A stretch of 42,850 nt of DNA from an uncultured Prevotella sp. GTDB lineage: Bacteria > Bacteroidota > Bacteroidia > Bacteroidales > Bacteroidaceae. The notes beneath the pieces were generated by a model that saw only the letters and a program-made list of their open reading frames with translations, was not told the origin of the DNA and ran no database searches. The stretch spans positions 1 through 42,850 of the forward strand of contig URYG01000001.1 of NCBI GenBank assembly GCA_900551985.1. Reading direction: 5' to 3'. Every line of letters begins with the position of its first letter. The first letter of the stretch is position 1. A program made the translations under genes and the position numbers. Below are positions 28,604-37,898 of the stretch, one piece after another.

Positions 28604-28660
28604 TGAAGAGTGAAGAAACACTCAACATTCAACATTTAACATTCAACATTTAACATTAAA
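28604..28660 (+). repeat. Heptamer-repeat element copy F (variant)
   Basis: TGAAGAG TGAAGAA acac then five T(C/T)AACAT units, ending just before the ATG at 28665. Confidence 0.85.
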
Positions 28661-28664
28661 TATA

Positions 28665-28892
28665 ATGGATAAGAAGAATTTAGCATTTGACAAGATGAAC
28701 TTCATCTTGTTGGCAATTGGAATGGCGATTGTCATCATCGGTTTCCTCCTGATGAGCGGCGCAGGCTCTAACGAGCACTCTTTCGATGCTGATATTTTCA
28801 GTACTCGCCGTATTGTAGTGGCACCAACCGTTACCCTGATTGGTTTCCTCTCGATCATCTATGCGGTAATACGCAAGCCAAAGGACGAATAA
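28665..28892 (+). CDS. DUF3098 small membrane protein
   Basis: 75 aa, two TM helices, IFS.RRI.VAP motif; lies between ftsX and uppP as is typical in Bacteroidetes. Confidence 0.88.
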   Translation: MDKKNLAFDKMNFILLAIGMAIVIIGFLLMSGAGSNEHSFDADIFSTRRIVVAPTVTLIGFLSIIYAVIRKPKDE

Positions 28893-28979
28893 AGCAAGAA
28901 GATAAAGTAAATAAACAAGGGAGTTGGCTTTTCAGCTCCCTATATATAATTAAGGTATAAAAAAATAAATCAGTAATCA

Positions 28980-29777
28980 ATGAATTGGTTTGAAGCTTTA
29001 GTGTTGGGACTCATCCAGGGTCTCACAGAGTATTTGCCAGTAAGTAGTAGTGGTCACTTGGCTATCGGTGCCCATCTGTTTGGCATCAATGGTGAGGATA
29101 ACTTGACTTTTACCATCATGGTGCATGTAGCTACCGTGCTGAGTACATTGGTAATTCTTTGGAAGGAAATCGACTGGATTCTGAAGGGTCTCTTCAAGTT
29201 CCAGATGAATGAGGAAACAAAGTATGCCCTCAATATCGTAATCTCTATGATTCCTGTAGGAGTAGTAGGTCTGTTCTTCAAGGACCAGGTAGAGGAGGTG
29301 TTCGGTTCCGGCTTGCTCATCGTGGGCATCATGCTTCTCGTAACAGCATGTCTTCTTACCTTCTCTTACTTTGCCAAGCCACGCCAGAAGGAGAACATTT
29401 CTCCTCTGCATGCATTCATCATCGGTCTCGGTCAGGCACTTGCTGTATTGCCAGGTCTTTCACGTTCTGGTACTACCATCGCTACCGGTCTTTTGCTGGG
29501 CGACAAGAAGGAGAAGATGGCTCAGTTCTCATTCCTTATGGTGATTCCTCCAATCCTGGGTGAGGCATTGCTCGACCTCTTGAAGGGTCTGAAGGGCGAA
29601 GAGGCTCTTGGCGGCATCGATGCATTCCCTATGATTGTGGGCTTCGTGGCAGCATTCGTATCAGGTTGCTTGGCTTGCAAGTGGATGATCAATATCGTGA
29701 AGAAGGGTAAGTTGGTATATTTCGGTATCTATTGTGCCATTGCAGGTGCCGTTACCATCATCTGTTCATTAATATAA
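28980..29777 (+). CDS. uppP: Undecaprenyl-diphosphatase
   Basis: [14 protein letters not shown] and PGLSRSGTT motifs. Confidence 0.96.
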   Translation: MNWFEALVLGLIQGLTEYLPVSSSGHLAIGAHLFGINGEDNLTFTIMVHVATVLSTLVILWKEIDWILKGLFKFQMNEETKYALNIVISMIPVGVVGLFFKDQVEEVFGSGLLIVGIMLLVTACLLTFSYFAKPRQKENISPLHAFIIGLGQALAVLPGLSRSGTTIATGLLLGDKKEKMAQFSFLMVIPPILGEALLDLLKGLKGEEALGGIDAFPMIVGFVAAFVSGCLACKWMINIVKKGKLVYFGIYCAIAGAVTIICSLI

Positions 29778-29780
29778 TAT

Positions 29781-30494
29781 ATGGATTTTAGAAAAGGAGA
29801 AATTATCGCCATCGACAAGCCTTATCGCATGTCGAGCTTTGGAGCATTGGCGCACGTACGCTATCTGCTCAGCAAGAAACTCGGCTTCAAGGTGAAGATA
29901 GGACATGCCGGTACGCTCGATCCCCTTGCTACGGGTGTGTTGGTGCTCTGCACGGGTAAATGTACCAAGCAGATTGAGCAATTGCAGACACATACCAAGG
30001 AATATACGGCTACTCTTCAGTTGGGTGCTACCACGGCAAGCTACGACAAGGAGCACAGTGTAAACCATACTTTCCCTACCAAGCACATCACCCGTGAGCT
30101 GGTAGAGGAGGTGTTGAAGCTGTTTGTCGGTGAGATTCAGCAGGTTCCACCTACCTATAGTGCCGTGAAGGTGAATGGCGACCGTTCTTATGCCCTGCGC
30201 AGAGCAGGCGAGGAGGTGCAGCTGAAGCCTAAGACCGTGCGTGTGGATGAGATCGAACTCACCGATTACAACGATGAGGAGAAGACGGCAAGCATCCGTG
30301 TGGTCTGTGGTAAGGGTACTTATATCCGATCGCTGGCACGCGACATCGGTCGTGCCCTGGATAGTGGTGCCTTCCTGACAGCCCTCCGCCGTACCAAGGC
30401 TGGAAGCTTCTCGGTAGAGAACTGCATCGACTTTGACCATTTCCAGGAATGGCTCGATGCACAGGAGATAGAAGACTGCCTTGCCAATAACTAG
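29781..30494 (+). CDS. truB: tRNA pseudouridine(55) synthase
   Basis: GHAGTLDPLATG, PP.YSAVK and CGKGTYIRSL motifs. Confidence 0.97.
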   Translation: MDFRKGEIIAIDKPYRMSSFGALAHVRYLLSKKLGFKVKIGHAGTLDPLATGVLVLCTGKCTKQIEQLQTHTKEYTATLQLGATTASYDKEHSVNHTFPTKHITRELVEEVLKLFVGEIQQVPPTYSAVKVNGDRSYALRRAGEEVQLKPKTVRVDEIELTDYNDEEKTASIRVVCGKGTYIRSLARDIGRALDSGAFLTALRRTKAGSFSVENCIDFDHFQEWLDAQEIEDCLANN

Positions 30495-30556
30495 GCTCAA
30501 ATTTCGAGAAATGACATGAATAGTAAATCATCTTAAGAAAGGAGATATAATATCAC

Positions 30557-31741
30557 ATGAAACTATCACAATTCAACTTTAAGTTGCCAGCTGCTCAGGT
30601 GGCACTTTATCCACATAAGACTAAGCGTGTGGTCAAGACTGCTAGTGGTGAACGTACATTCGAGATTACCCGTCGTGACGAGTCTCGACTGATGGTGCTC
30701 CACAAGAAGTCTGAAACCATCGAGATGTACAAGAAGGACGAGAATGGCAAGGATATGGTGGATGCTGAAGGCAATCCAGTATTCCTGCAGTTCAAGGATA
30801 TCGTCAACTATTTCGAAGAGGGTGATACCTTCATCTTCAATGATACCAAGGTATTCCCAGCGCGTCTTTATGGTACCAAGGAGAAGACCGATGCCAAGAT
30901 CGAGGTATTCCTGCTCCGTGAGCTGAATGCCGAGATGCGTCTTTGGGATGTACTGGTAGAGCCTGCACGCAAGATCCGTATCGGCAACAAGCTGTTCTTT
31001 GATGATGTCAACGAGATGGTTGCCGAGGTAATCGATAATACCACAAGCCGTGGACGTACCCTCCGTTTCCTCTATGATGAGGATGGCAATCACGATGTCT
31101 TCAAGCGTTCGCTCTTTGCATTGGGTGAGGCTCCGCTTCCTCGCTATATCATTGATGCCCGTGAGGATCACCACGCTACAGAGGATGATATGGACGACTT
31201 CCAGTGTGTATTCGCAGAGAAGGAGGGTGCCGTAACAGCTCCTGCTACAGGTCTTCATTTCTCTCGTGAGTTGATGAAGCGCTTGGAAATCAACGGCATC
31301 AACGAGGCTTACATCACCCTGCATTGCGGTTTGGGCAACTTCCACGAGATTGAGGTAGAAGACCTGACCAAGCACAAGATGGATTCCGAGCAGATGATTA
31401 TCTCTAAGGAGGCTTGCGAACTGGTGAATAAGACCAAGCAGGAAGGTCATCGCGTATGCGCCATCGGTACCAGCGTGATGAAGGCTACTGAAACTGCCGT
31501 AGGTACAGACGGAATGATGAAGGAGTTTGATGGATGGACCAATAAGTTCATCTTCCCTCCATACGATTTCGGATTGGCTGACTGTGCTGTAGCCAACTTC
31601 TATCATCCAGAGTCAACCTTGATGATGTGTACTGCTGCCTTTGGTGGTTACGACCTGGTATATGAGGCATACAAGAAGGCTGTGAAGAATGGCTATATGT
31701 TTGGTTGCTACGGTGACTCACTGTTGATACTTCCAGACTAA
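30557..31741 (+). CDS. queA: S-adenosylmethionine:tRNA ribosyltransferase-isomerase
   Basis: RDESRLMVL, FNDTKVFPARL, AP.TGLHFS, AIGTS and NF.HPESTL motifs. Confidence 0.93.
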   Translation: MKLSQFNFKLPAAQVALYPHKTKRVVKTASGERTFEITRRDESRLMVLHKKSETIEMYKKDENGKDMVDAEGNPVFLQFKDIVNYFEEGDTFIFNDTKVFPARLYGTKEKTDAKIEVFLLRELNAEMRLWDVLVEPARKIRIGNKLFFDDVNEMVAEVIDNTTSRGRTLRFLYDEDGNHDVFKRSLFALGEAPLPRYIIDAREDHHATEDDMDDFQCVFAEKEGAVTAPATGLHFSRELMKRLEINGINEAYITLHCGLGNFHEIEVEDLTKHKMDSEQMIISKEACELVNKTKQEGHRVCAIGTSVMKATETAVGTDGMMKEFDGWTNKFIFPPYDFGLADCAVANFYHPESTLMMCTAAFGGYDLVYEAYKKAVKNGYMFGCYGDSLLILPD

Positions 31742-31802
31742 ATGGTGGAATAAACAGTTTTTGTACATATAAAAGTATTTGATATTCAGTAGATAAGCTG
31801 AG

Positions 31803-31833
31803 TTATCCACAGTTTTTATAAAAGTGTGAATAA
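31803..31833. promoter_or_regulatory. Pair of oppositely oriented DnaA-box consensus sites
   Basis: TTATCCACA at 31803-31811 and TGTGAATAA (reverse complement TTATTCACA) at 31825-31833. Confidence 0.45.
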
Positions 31834-31835
31834 GT

Positions 31836-32243
31836 ATGTATAAAGTATATTTAAGCCTTGGAACGAATCTGGGCAACCGGAAGCGTAACATTCGTGAGGC
31901 TATTGATAAAATAGGAGAGCAGATTGGCGTGGTAGAGCGCCAGTCTGCTCTTTACGAAACCAAGCCTTGGGGCTATTCTTCTCCCAATGACTTCATCAAT
32001 TCCTGCGTGCTGGTACTCACCGCCATGGCTCCCCGTCAGGTGTTGGAGGCTACCCAGCGGATAGAGCAGGAGATGGGCAGAACCCTGAAGTCTGTAAATG
32101 GAGAATATCACGACCGCATCATCGATATCGACATTCTGATGATAGATGATCTGGTCATCGATGAGCCCGATTTCAAGATTCCTCATCCTCTGATGGAAGA
32201 GCGCGACTTCGTGATGACTCCTCTGAAGGAGATATTAGATTAA
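31836..32243 (+). CDS. folK: 2-amino-4-hydroxy-6-hydroxymethyldihydropteridine pyrophosphokinase
   Basis: LSLGTNLG, YETKPWG, R.IDIDIL and IPHP...ERDFV motifs. Confidence 0.96.
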   Translation: MYKVYLSLGTNLGNRKRNIREAIDKIGEQIGVVERQSALYETKPWGYSSPNDFINSCVLVLTAMAPRQVLEATQRIEQEMGRTLKSVNGEYHDRIIDIDILMIDDLVIDEPDFKIPHPLMEERDFVMTPLKEILD

Positions 32244-32253
32244 AAAGAGATTT

Positions 32254-32898
32254 ATGCAATTGTTCAGCAGTTATCATATACTTTCATGGGCAATCGTATC
32301 AATAGCTTTGATTGCTCTTATGGGATTCTATGTTGCGAGTTTGCGCTCCACCGTGAGGAGGCAAGCTTGCATCATCAATTCCATGCGTCGCCAGTTGCAG
32401 GATCTCCTGGCTTCTTCTCCCGCGGATGGAGCTTCTTTCAGAAAACGGTCTTTTGATGAAGTACAGAAAACTGCTGCCGACCAGGTTCTCCATGTCTTGG
32501 ATGCTGAGCAGGAGCTGTTTGTTAAGACCACCCTGTATATGAAGGAGTACGCTCCTTTTACCAATCCGGATCTGCGCATAGATGATCTGGCAAAAGCACT
32601 ATGTACCAACCGTACAACCTTGGCAAACTGCATTAGGAAATATACTACTGGTGACCTTACCTTATTGCAGTATATCAATCATTTTCGCATAGCTCATGCG
32701 GTGCAGTTATTGGTTGATCCGGAGAATAAGCAGACTATTTCGCAGATAGCAGAGGTTTCGGGCTATCGTTCACGTAGTGTATTCAATCGCCAGTTTGCCT
32801 TGATTTATCATTGTTCTCCATCTGTTTTTCGGGAGAATTCTCTTTGCCAGGCAGAAGGAGAGATTCCTTCTGATTTAGAAAATACGCTGGAAAAATAG
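32254..32898 (+). CDS. AraC-family regulator with a single N-terminal TM helix
   Basis: LAKALCTNRTTL, YINHFRI and IAEVSGY.S.SVFNRQF...SPS.FR HTH motifs. Confidence 0.85.
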   Translation: MQLFSSYHILSWAIVSIALIALMGFYVASLRSTVRRQACIINSMRRQLQDLLASSPADGASFRKRSFDEVQKTAADQVLHVLDAEQELFVKTTLYMKEYAPFTNPDLRIDDLAKALCTNRTTLANCIRKYTTGDLTLLQYINHFRIAHAVQLLVDPENKQTISQIAEVSGYRSRSVFNRQFALIYHCSPSVFRENSLCQAEGEIPSDLENTLEK

Positions 32899-34028
32899 GC
32901 AAGCGAAGAGAATCCGCATTCGAACGCTACTTCCTGGAGTCTCTTCTCAGGCTCTTTCAGCATGATTCTCTTAGCCTCGTCTATGCGCAGGCTTGCTACC
33001 CAGCTGCTGAAGTTCATATCATATTCCTCCTTGATGAATGTGGATAGATAGGTCTTGTTGGTATATAGTCTGGAGGCAAGTTCTTCCAGGGTGAATTGCT
33101 CGTGCGTATAAGCCTTGGCTTTCACCCATGCTGCTATTCTTGGGCGCAGAATATTCCTGAAGTCTTCCTTATATGTCTTTTTTGTTCTGCTGGTTGCAGT
33201 AACTTCTTCTCTTTCAGCTTCTTCATCCTCTTCTTTCTTTTTCCTTTCCTTATGGTTCAAGTTGTTGGATTGTGTTTTGTCCATGACGGCAATCATTTCT
33301 TCGGTTGTTGCCAGGCGCAGGGTTGCGTATTCCTTGTCAAAGTTGATGAAGTTAACGGTGATATATACATTCACGGCAACGACATAGAACTGCAAAAGCC
33401 AGTTGAAGACTGCTCCTGAGGTGATGGAAAAGACGCCGAAGGCAAGCAGAATATAGAATAACCAATGGCTGATGTAGAGCCATCTGACCTGGCTTTTCTT
33501 GTCGGAAGAAAAATAATTCTCCAGCAATTCATTGCGCTGAAGATAGGTCCTATGAAAGGAAATGATATGTTGAGCGCATAGTTCTATGATACCCAGCAAG
33601 GCAATGATGAGTAGGAATTGTCTATACTCTTCAAGGGTCTCGACCATGGCAATGAGGGCAATAAATGCTGTAGCTCCAAACTTGATAGCTGTTATCTTGC
33701 AACGTTGTTTGGAGATATAGGTATAGTCGGTCAGATTGCCAAACGAAAAGGTATAGCAGATGCCTATGAGATAGAACAGGATGGTATCGAAACTGGCTAC
33801 CCACGCGTTTTCGCGGGTCCACAGACCGGTAAAGGTTGCAAGCCAGATCCAGATGTTTATGCTTATCATCCACATACCGGCGGCTAACATCCACTTGGAT
33901 TTCCGGTAGGGAGCATAGACTTCTGTCGTGGGTGACTTGAAGAAAAATAGTACGAGACCTAGGATGCAATAAATGATACTAGTCATCGTAACTAAATATG
34001 TAAAATTGCGCTCTAAGAAACTAATCAT
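32808..34028 (-). CDS. Membrane-bound AraC-family regulator (multi-TM sensor plus HTH)
   Basis: About seven hydrophobic segments followed by LASRLYTNKTYLS, LRIDEAK and VAFECGFSSLAYFS motifs. TAACTTTG promoter on the minus strand at 34133-34140. Confidence 0.9.
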   Translation of the reverse strand: MISFLERNFTYLVTMTSIIYCILGLVLFFFKSPTTEVYAPYRKSKWMLAAGMWMISINIWIWLATFTGLWTRENAWVASFDTILFYLIGICYTFSFGNLTDYTYISKQRCKITAIKFGATAFIALIAMVETLEEYRQFLLIIALLGIIELCAQHIISFHRTYLQRNELLENYFSSDKKSQVRWLYISHWLFYILLAFGVFSITSGAVFNWLLQFYVVAVNVYITVNFINFDKEYATLRLATTEEMIAVMDKTQSNNLNHKERKKKEEDEEAEREEVTATSRTKKTYKEDFRNILRPRIAAWVKAKAYTHEQFTLEELASRLYTNKTYLSTFIKEEYDMNFSSWVASLRIDEAKRIMLKEPEKRLQEVAFECGFSSLAYFSSVFSKSEGISPSAWQREFSRKTDGEQ

Positions 34029-34401
34029 AGTTTATCTTCTTTTACTTGATTCTACTTTTTTATTTACAAGGAGTCTGCTGGCTGTAGCATTGAAAACTTG
34101 TTTTCTAATAGTTGATTACAACTTTTCGTCTGCAAAGTTACAAAACATTTTCCTAAAAATGAAATTTTCTTGTCCTAAATTTGCAATAAACTGATATTTA
34201 GGTGGTTTAAGACGTATTACCCCCCCTAATGTGTTCAATCTTTTTATGTTTTAACATCTAATGGACACGATTTTTTTCTTTTTGTCTAAAATGAAAAACC
34301 CTGATTTTCTATTTTTTAAAGTCTGTTTTGCCCTTTTATTCTATCTTTGTACGCGTTTTAAAAGATGTAATAGTATAGATAATAATTAAGATAATCATAT
34401 T

Positions 34402-35967
34402 ATGTTATTTGAGAGAATTGTATTAGTAGCTATATTGATGATGAATTGTTGTTTCCCGCCCCTTACTGCCCATTCGGCTGAGCAGCAACAGCAGGTTCAG
34501 CAGTTTGGGCAGACTAGGCAGTTGAGGCAGACTAGGCAGTTTGGCTTCAAGACCAACTTGCTTTATTGGGCTACCACCACTCCCAACTTGGGATTGGAGA
34601 TGGCTGCTGGAAAGAAGCATACTGCTCAGGTTTTCTTCGGTCTAAATCCGTGGAAGCAAAGTGGCGGTGACCATTCGAGTCTCCGACACTGGATGGTAAT
34701 GCCGGAATATCGCTACTGGTTCAATCAGAATTTTGAGGGTTGGTTCCTGGGTGTCCATGCTTTAGGTGGTCAGTATAATGTGGGAGGCGTGAAGTTTCCT
34801 TTCGGATTGTTGAAAGGACTGCGCGATCACCGCTATGAAGGTTGGTATGCCGGAGGCGGTATCACAGCTGGTAAGCAATGGATTCTTTCCAGGCACTGGA
34901 ATCTCGAGGCTTCGATAGGTCTTGGGTATATCCATACCAAATATGATAAGTTTGAATGTGGTACTTGTGGTGAAAAGCTCAAATCTGCCCATAAGAATTA
35001 TGTGGGACCCACCAAGGTGGCTCTTTCCCTCATTTACTTAATTCCGGGTAGGGCAGATGAAAAACGTTCAACAGATGCTCCTCGGATTATCGAGACCATT
35101 CAGCAGCCTAAGCAGAATGTACTGAAGCCGGTTCTCCAGTTGCAGGCTGTCGTTGCCGAGGCTCCAAAGATTCGTCATCTGGATAAGCGTGCCTATATCG
35201 ACTTCCCGGTCAACAGGATTGAACTGCGTGCCGACTATCGCCGGAATCCAGAACAGTTGGATAGCATCATCACTACCGTCAAGGCATTGAAGGCGGATAA
35301 GAACCTGCAGGTGATGGGCATCAACATCCATGGTTTTGCTTCGCCTGAAGGTTCGTATAAGCATAATGAGTATCTGGCAAAGAATCGTGCCATCACCCTG
35401 ACGGAGTATGTTCGCAAGATGGTGGATTTGCCTGACAGCATCTTTACGGTATCCTCTACAGCCGAGGACTGGGTGGGATTGTGTGAATATATCAAGGAGA
35501 GCAACTTGGAGAAGAAGGAGCAGCTTCTGGCGATAGCCCAGAATACGAAGCAGGATCCAGATGCCCGTGATGCGGAGCTGAAGAAGCAATATCCTGCACA
35601 GTATCTCAATTTGTTCACCAACTGCTATCCGGCTCTTCGCCATAGCGACTACCACATTACTTATAAGGTTAAGCCATTTGATGTGGAAGAGGCAAGGGAA
35701 ATCATGAAGACCAAACCTCAGTTGTTGTCGCTCAATGAGCTGTATATGGTAGCCCAGACCTACGAGGTAGGTTCCAAGGACTTCAATGAGGTGATGGAAT
35801 TGGCTGTCCGCATGTATCCAACGGATGAAACAGCCAACCTGAATGCTGCCATTATCCGTCTGAATAATGGCGATGCCGATGCCGCCAAGCCATATTTGGA
35901 TAGAGCCGGCAACTCAAAGGAAGCTGATGCCGCAAGAAAGGCGTATGAAATGATGATGATGCAATAG
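34402..35967 (+). CDS. DUF3575 beta-barrel domain fused to an OmpA-like domain
   Basis: KTNLLYWAT.TPNLGLE and Y.GPTK..LSLIY (DUF3575), then GFASPEGSY..N..LA..RA and EDW (OmpA-like), then a TPR-like tail. Typical first gene of Bacteroidales fimbrial loci. Confidence 0.85.
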   Translation: MLFERIVLVAILMMNCCFPPLTAHSAEQQQQVQQFGQTRQLRQTRQFGFKTNLLYWATTTPNLGLEMAAGKKHTAQVFFGLNPWKQSGGDHSSLRHWMVMPEYRYWFNQNFEGWFLGVHALGGQYNVGGVKFPFGLLKGLRDHRYEGWYAGGGITAGKQWILSRHWNLEASIGLGYIHTKYDKFECGTCGEKLKSAHKNYVGPTKVALSLIYLIPGRADEKRSTDAPRIIETIQQPKQNVLKPVLQLQAVVAEAPKIRHLDKRAYIDFPVNRIELRADYRRNPEQLDSIITTVKALKADKNLQVMGINIHGFASPEGSYKHNEYLAKNRAITLTEYVRKMVDLPDSIFTVSSTAEDWVGLCEYIKESNLEKKEQLLAIAQNTKQDPDARDAELKKQYPAQYLNLFTNCYPALRHSDYHITYKVKPFDVEEAREIMKTKPQLLSLNELYMVAQTYEVGSKDFNEVMELAVRMYPTDETANLNAAIIRLNNGDADAAKPYLDRAGNSKEADAARKAYEMMMMQ

Positions 35968-36088
35968 AACGAAAAAGTAATTATAAGTAAAAATAGATGT
36001 AAAAGATAAGCGATTATTACGATTAAGAAATCAATATAGATATATGATAGATAAAGATAATTATAAGTAAAATTAAAACTATAGAATT

Positions 36089-37879
36089 ATGAAGAAATTT
36101 ACGATGCTTTCATCAGTGCTGGCTTCAGCACTGATGCTGACGGTTGCATCCTGCTCTAGCGAAGATGTAGCTGGCGGTGATGCTCAGAATGGTAAGGGGG
36201 CAACTTCTTATCTTGCTGTGAATATCGAGAATGTGGGTTCTGCTCCTGCATCTCGTGCTTATGACCAGAATGGTGGTACTTATGAGGATGGAACTGGTGC
36301 TGAGAGTAAGATCAGTAAGGTGCGTTTCTATTTCTTTAATGGTGATGGTACTCCATATCTGTTGGTTAATAATGAGGCCAATCAGCAGTCTGTTAACTTT
36401 TTGGATCAAACTGTTGAAACGGATGGCGCTGATCATGATCATACTACAGAAACTAAGACCAAGGCAGTGCTTGTTTTAAATGGTGAGACGAAAGCTGTCC
36501 CAGCTTCAGTCATCGCAGTGATCAATCCTGAAGTGTTGGATAATACAACACTGCATAGTGGTACTATGACTCTTTCAGAACTCCGAACATCAGCAACAGG
36601 TACGAAGTTTTATGATACAACAAATGGCTTTGTCATGTCTAATTCTGTGTACGAAAGTGCGGGACAGGACGTTTGCTCTACACCTGTAGCAAACAACGTT
36701 TTTGCTTCATCTGATGCGGCTTTGAAAAAACCTGTAGATATCTATGTAGAGCGAGTTAATGCTAAGGTGAATGCGAAGATTGATGCAACTTATCAACGAG
36801 ATGGGGAAAGCGCGCCAGCATGGACTAAAAATACTGAGGGTAAGTACCAAATTGAGGTAGGTAGTATCGACGTTACCACTTATGCAGAGAATACCAATGC
36901 AACTCCAACAACAAAAACATATCCTGTATATGCTGTAGTTCAGGGATGGCAGGTGGCTGATGCTAATGGTAAGGCTGAGGTTTGTAAGCAGATCAATACT
37001 TCATGGTATGCAGGAGAGTTAGGTATCTCTCCTTGGACAACTTCTGATTATCATCGTTGTTTCTGGTCTAAGTCTGTACCTTTCACTCAGGGTGCTCAGG
37101 GAGGAGCTAATCATCCTGTTAATCCTAAGTTTGAGGATATTACGCAGTCTTTATCTGACGATTTCTCTACAACACCTGTCTATACATTGCCAAATACGCC
37201 AAATGAGGTAATTACAAATCCTAAAACTAGTTTGAATACTTTGGCAAAACTGATTGTTGCAGCCAAACTGGTCTATAAGGATGGTGATGGTAACTATAAA
37301 TCTGCGCAAGTATGTCAGTATAGAGGTTTGACCTATCTTGGTGAGGATGCTGTTAAAAAGCAGATTGCAGGTAGCTTTACTCAATATTTTAAAAAGGCAT
37401 CAGATGCATCAGGTGCTACCATCTACAAATCCCTAGAGGCTTCTGATATTGCATTCAAGACAGTTCCTGGTTCTTCTGAAGTGAAGAATTATGAGGTAGT
37501 GGCAACACTGGCTAGCACCGTAGGTGATCTTTATGTCAAGAATGGCGAAGCATGGACAATAGTATCTAAAGACGATGTCAATGCAGCCCTTGCAAAGGAG
37601 GACGCTCAGGTTCGTACTGCTGATGGTGCTACCTATTATTATACCCCTATCAAGCATCTCGGTGACGCTGGTAAGTTGGGAGAGTATGGTATCGTGCGCA
37701 ACCATTCTTATCAGGTAACCATTCAGAACATCAAGGGTTTTGGTACTCCTGTCTATGATCCAGCCGAGGAAATCGACCCAATGATACCAAGCGATGAAAA
37801 TACTTATCTTGCAGCAAGTATCAAGGTCCTCTCTTGGCGCGTAGTATCATCTAAGGTAGATTTGGATCAAACAAAGTAA
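36089..37879 (+). CDS. Type V pilus major subunit (Mfa1/FimA-like)
   Basis: Lipobox VASC, probable Arg cleavage site (PASR), FVMSNS, IYVERVNAKV, YGIVRNHSY and C-terminal I.VLSWRVV strand. Confidence 0.9.
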   Translation: MKKFTMLSSVLASALMLTVASCSSEDVAGGDAQNGKGATSYLAVNIENVGSAPASRAYDQNGGTYEDGTGAESKISKVRFYFFNGDGTPYLLVNNEANQQSVNFLDQTVETDGADHDHTTETKTKAVLVLNGETKAVPASVIAVINPEVLDNTTLHSGTMTLSELRTSATGTKFYDTTNGFVMSNSVYESAGQDVCSTPVANNVFASSDAALKKPVDIYVERVNAKVNAKIDATYQRDGESAPAWTKNTEGKYQIEVGSIDVTTYAENTNATPTTKTYPVYAVVQGWQVADANGKAEVCKQINTSWYAGELGISPWTTSDYHRCFWSKSVPFTQGAQGGANHPVNPKFEDITQSLSDDFSTTPVYTLPNTPNEVITNPKTSLNTLAKLIVAAKLVYKDGDGNYKSAQVCQYRGLTYLGEDAVKKQIAGSFTQYFKKASDASGATIYKSLEASDIAFKTVPGSSEVKNYEVVATLASTVGDLYVKNGEAWTIVSKDDVNAALAKEDAQVRTADGATYYYTPIKHLGDAGKLGEYGIVRNHSYQVTIQNIKGFGTPVYDPAEEIDPMIPSDENTYLAASIKVLSWRVVSSKVDLDQTK

Positions 37880-37898
37880 ATTATTCATATTCAATATA

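Noticed and set aside
32244..32253. Mobile-element boundary at the start of the accessory locus
   Set aside because: No tRNA, att-like repeat, integrase or transposase is visible, so mobility cannot be supported from this window.
34029..34401. Invertible (phase-variable) promoter or slippage switch for the fimbrial operon
   Set aside because: I found no convincing inverted repeats flanking the promoter and no recombinase in the window. The C7 run at 34220-34226 is short and far from the -7 element.
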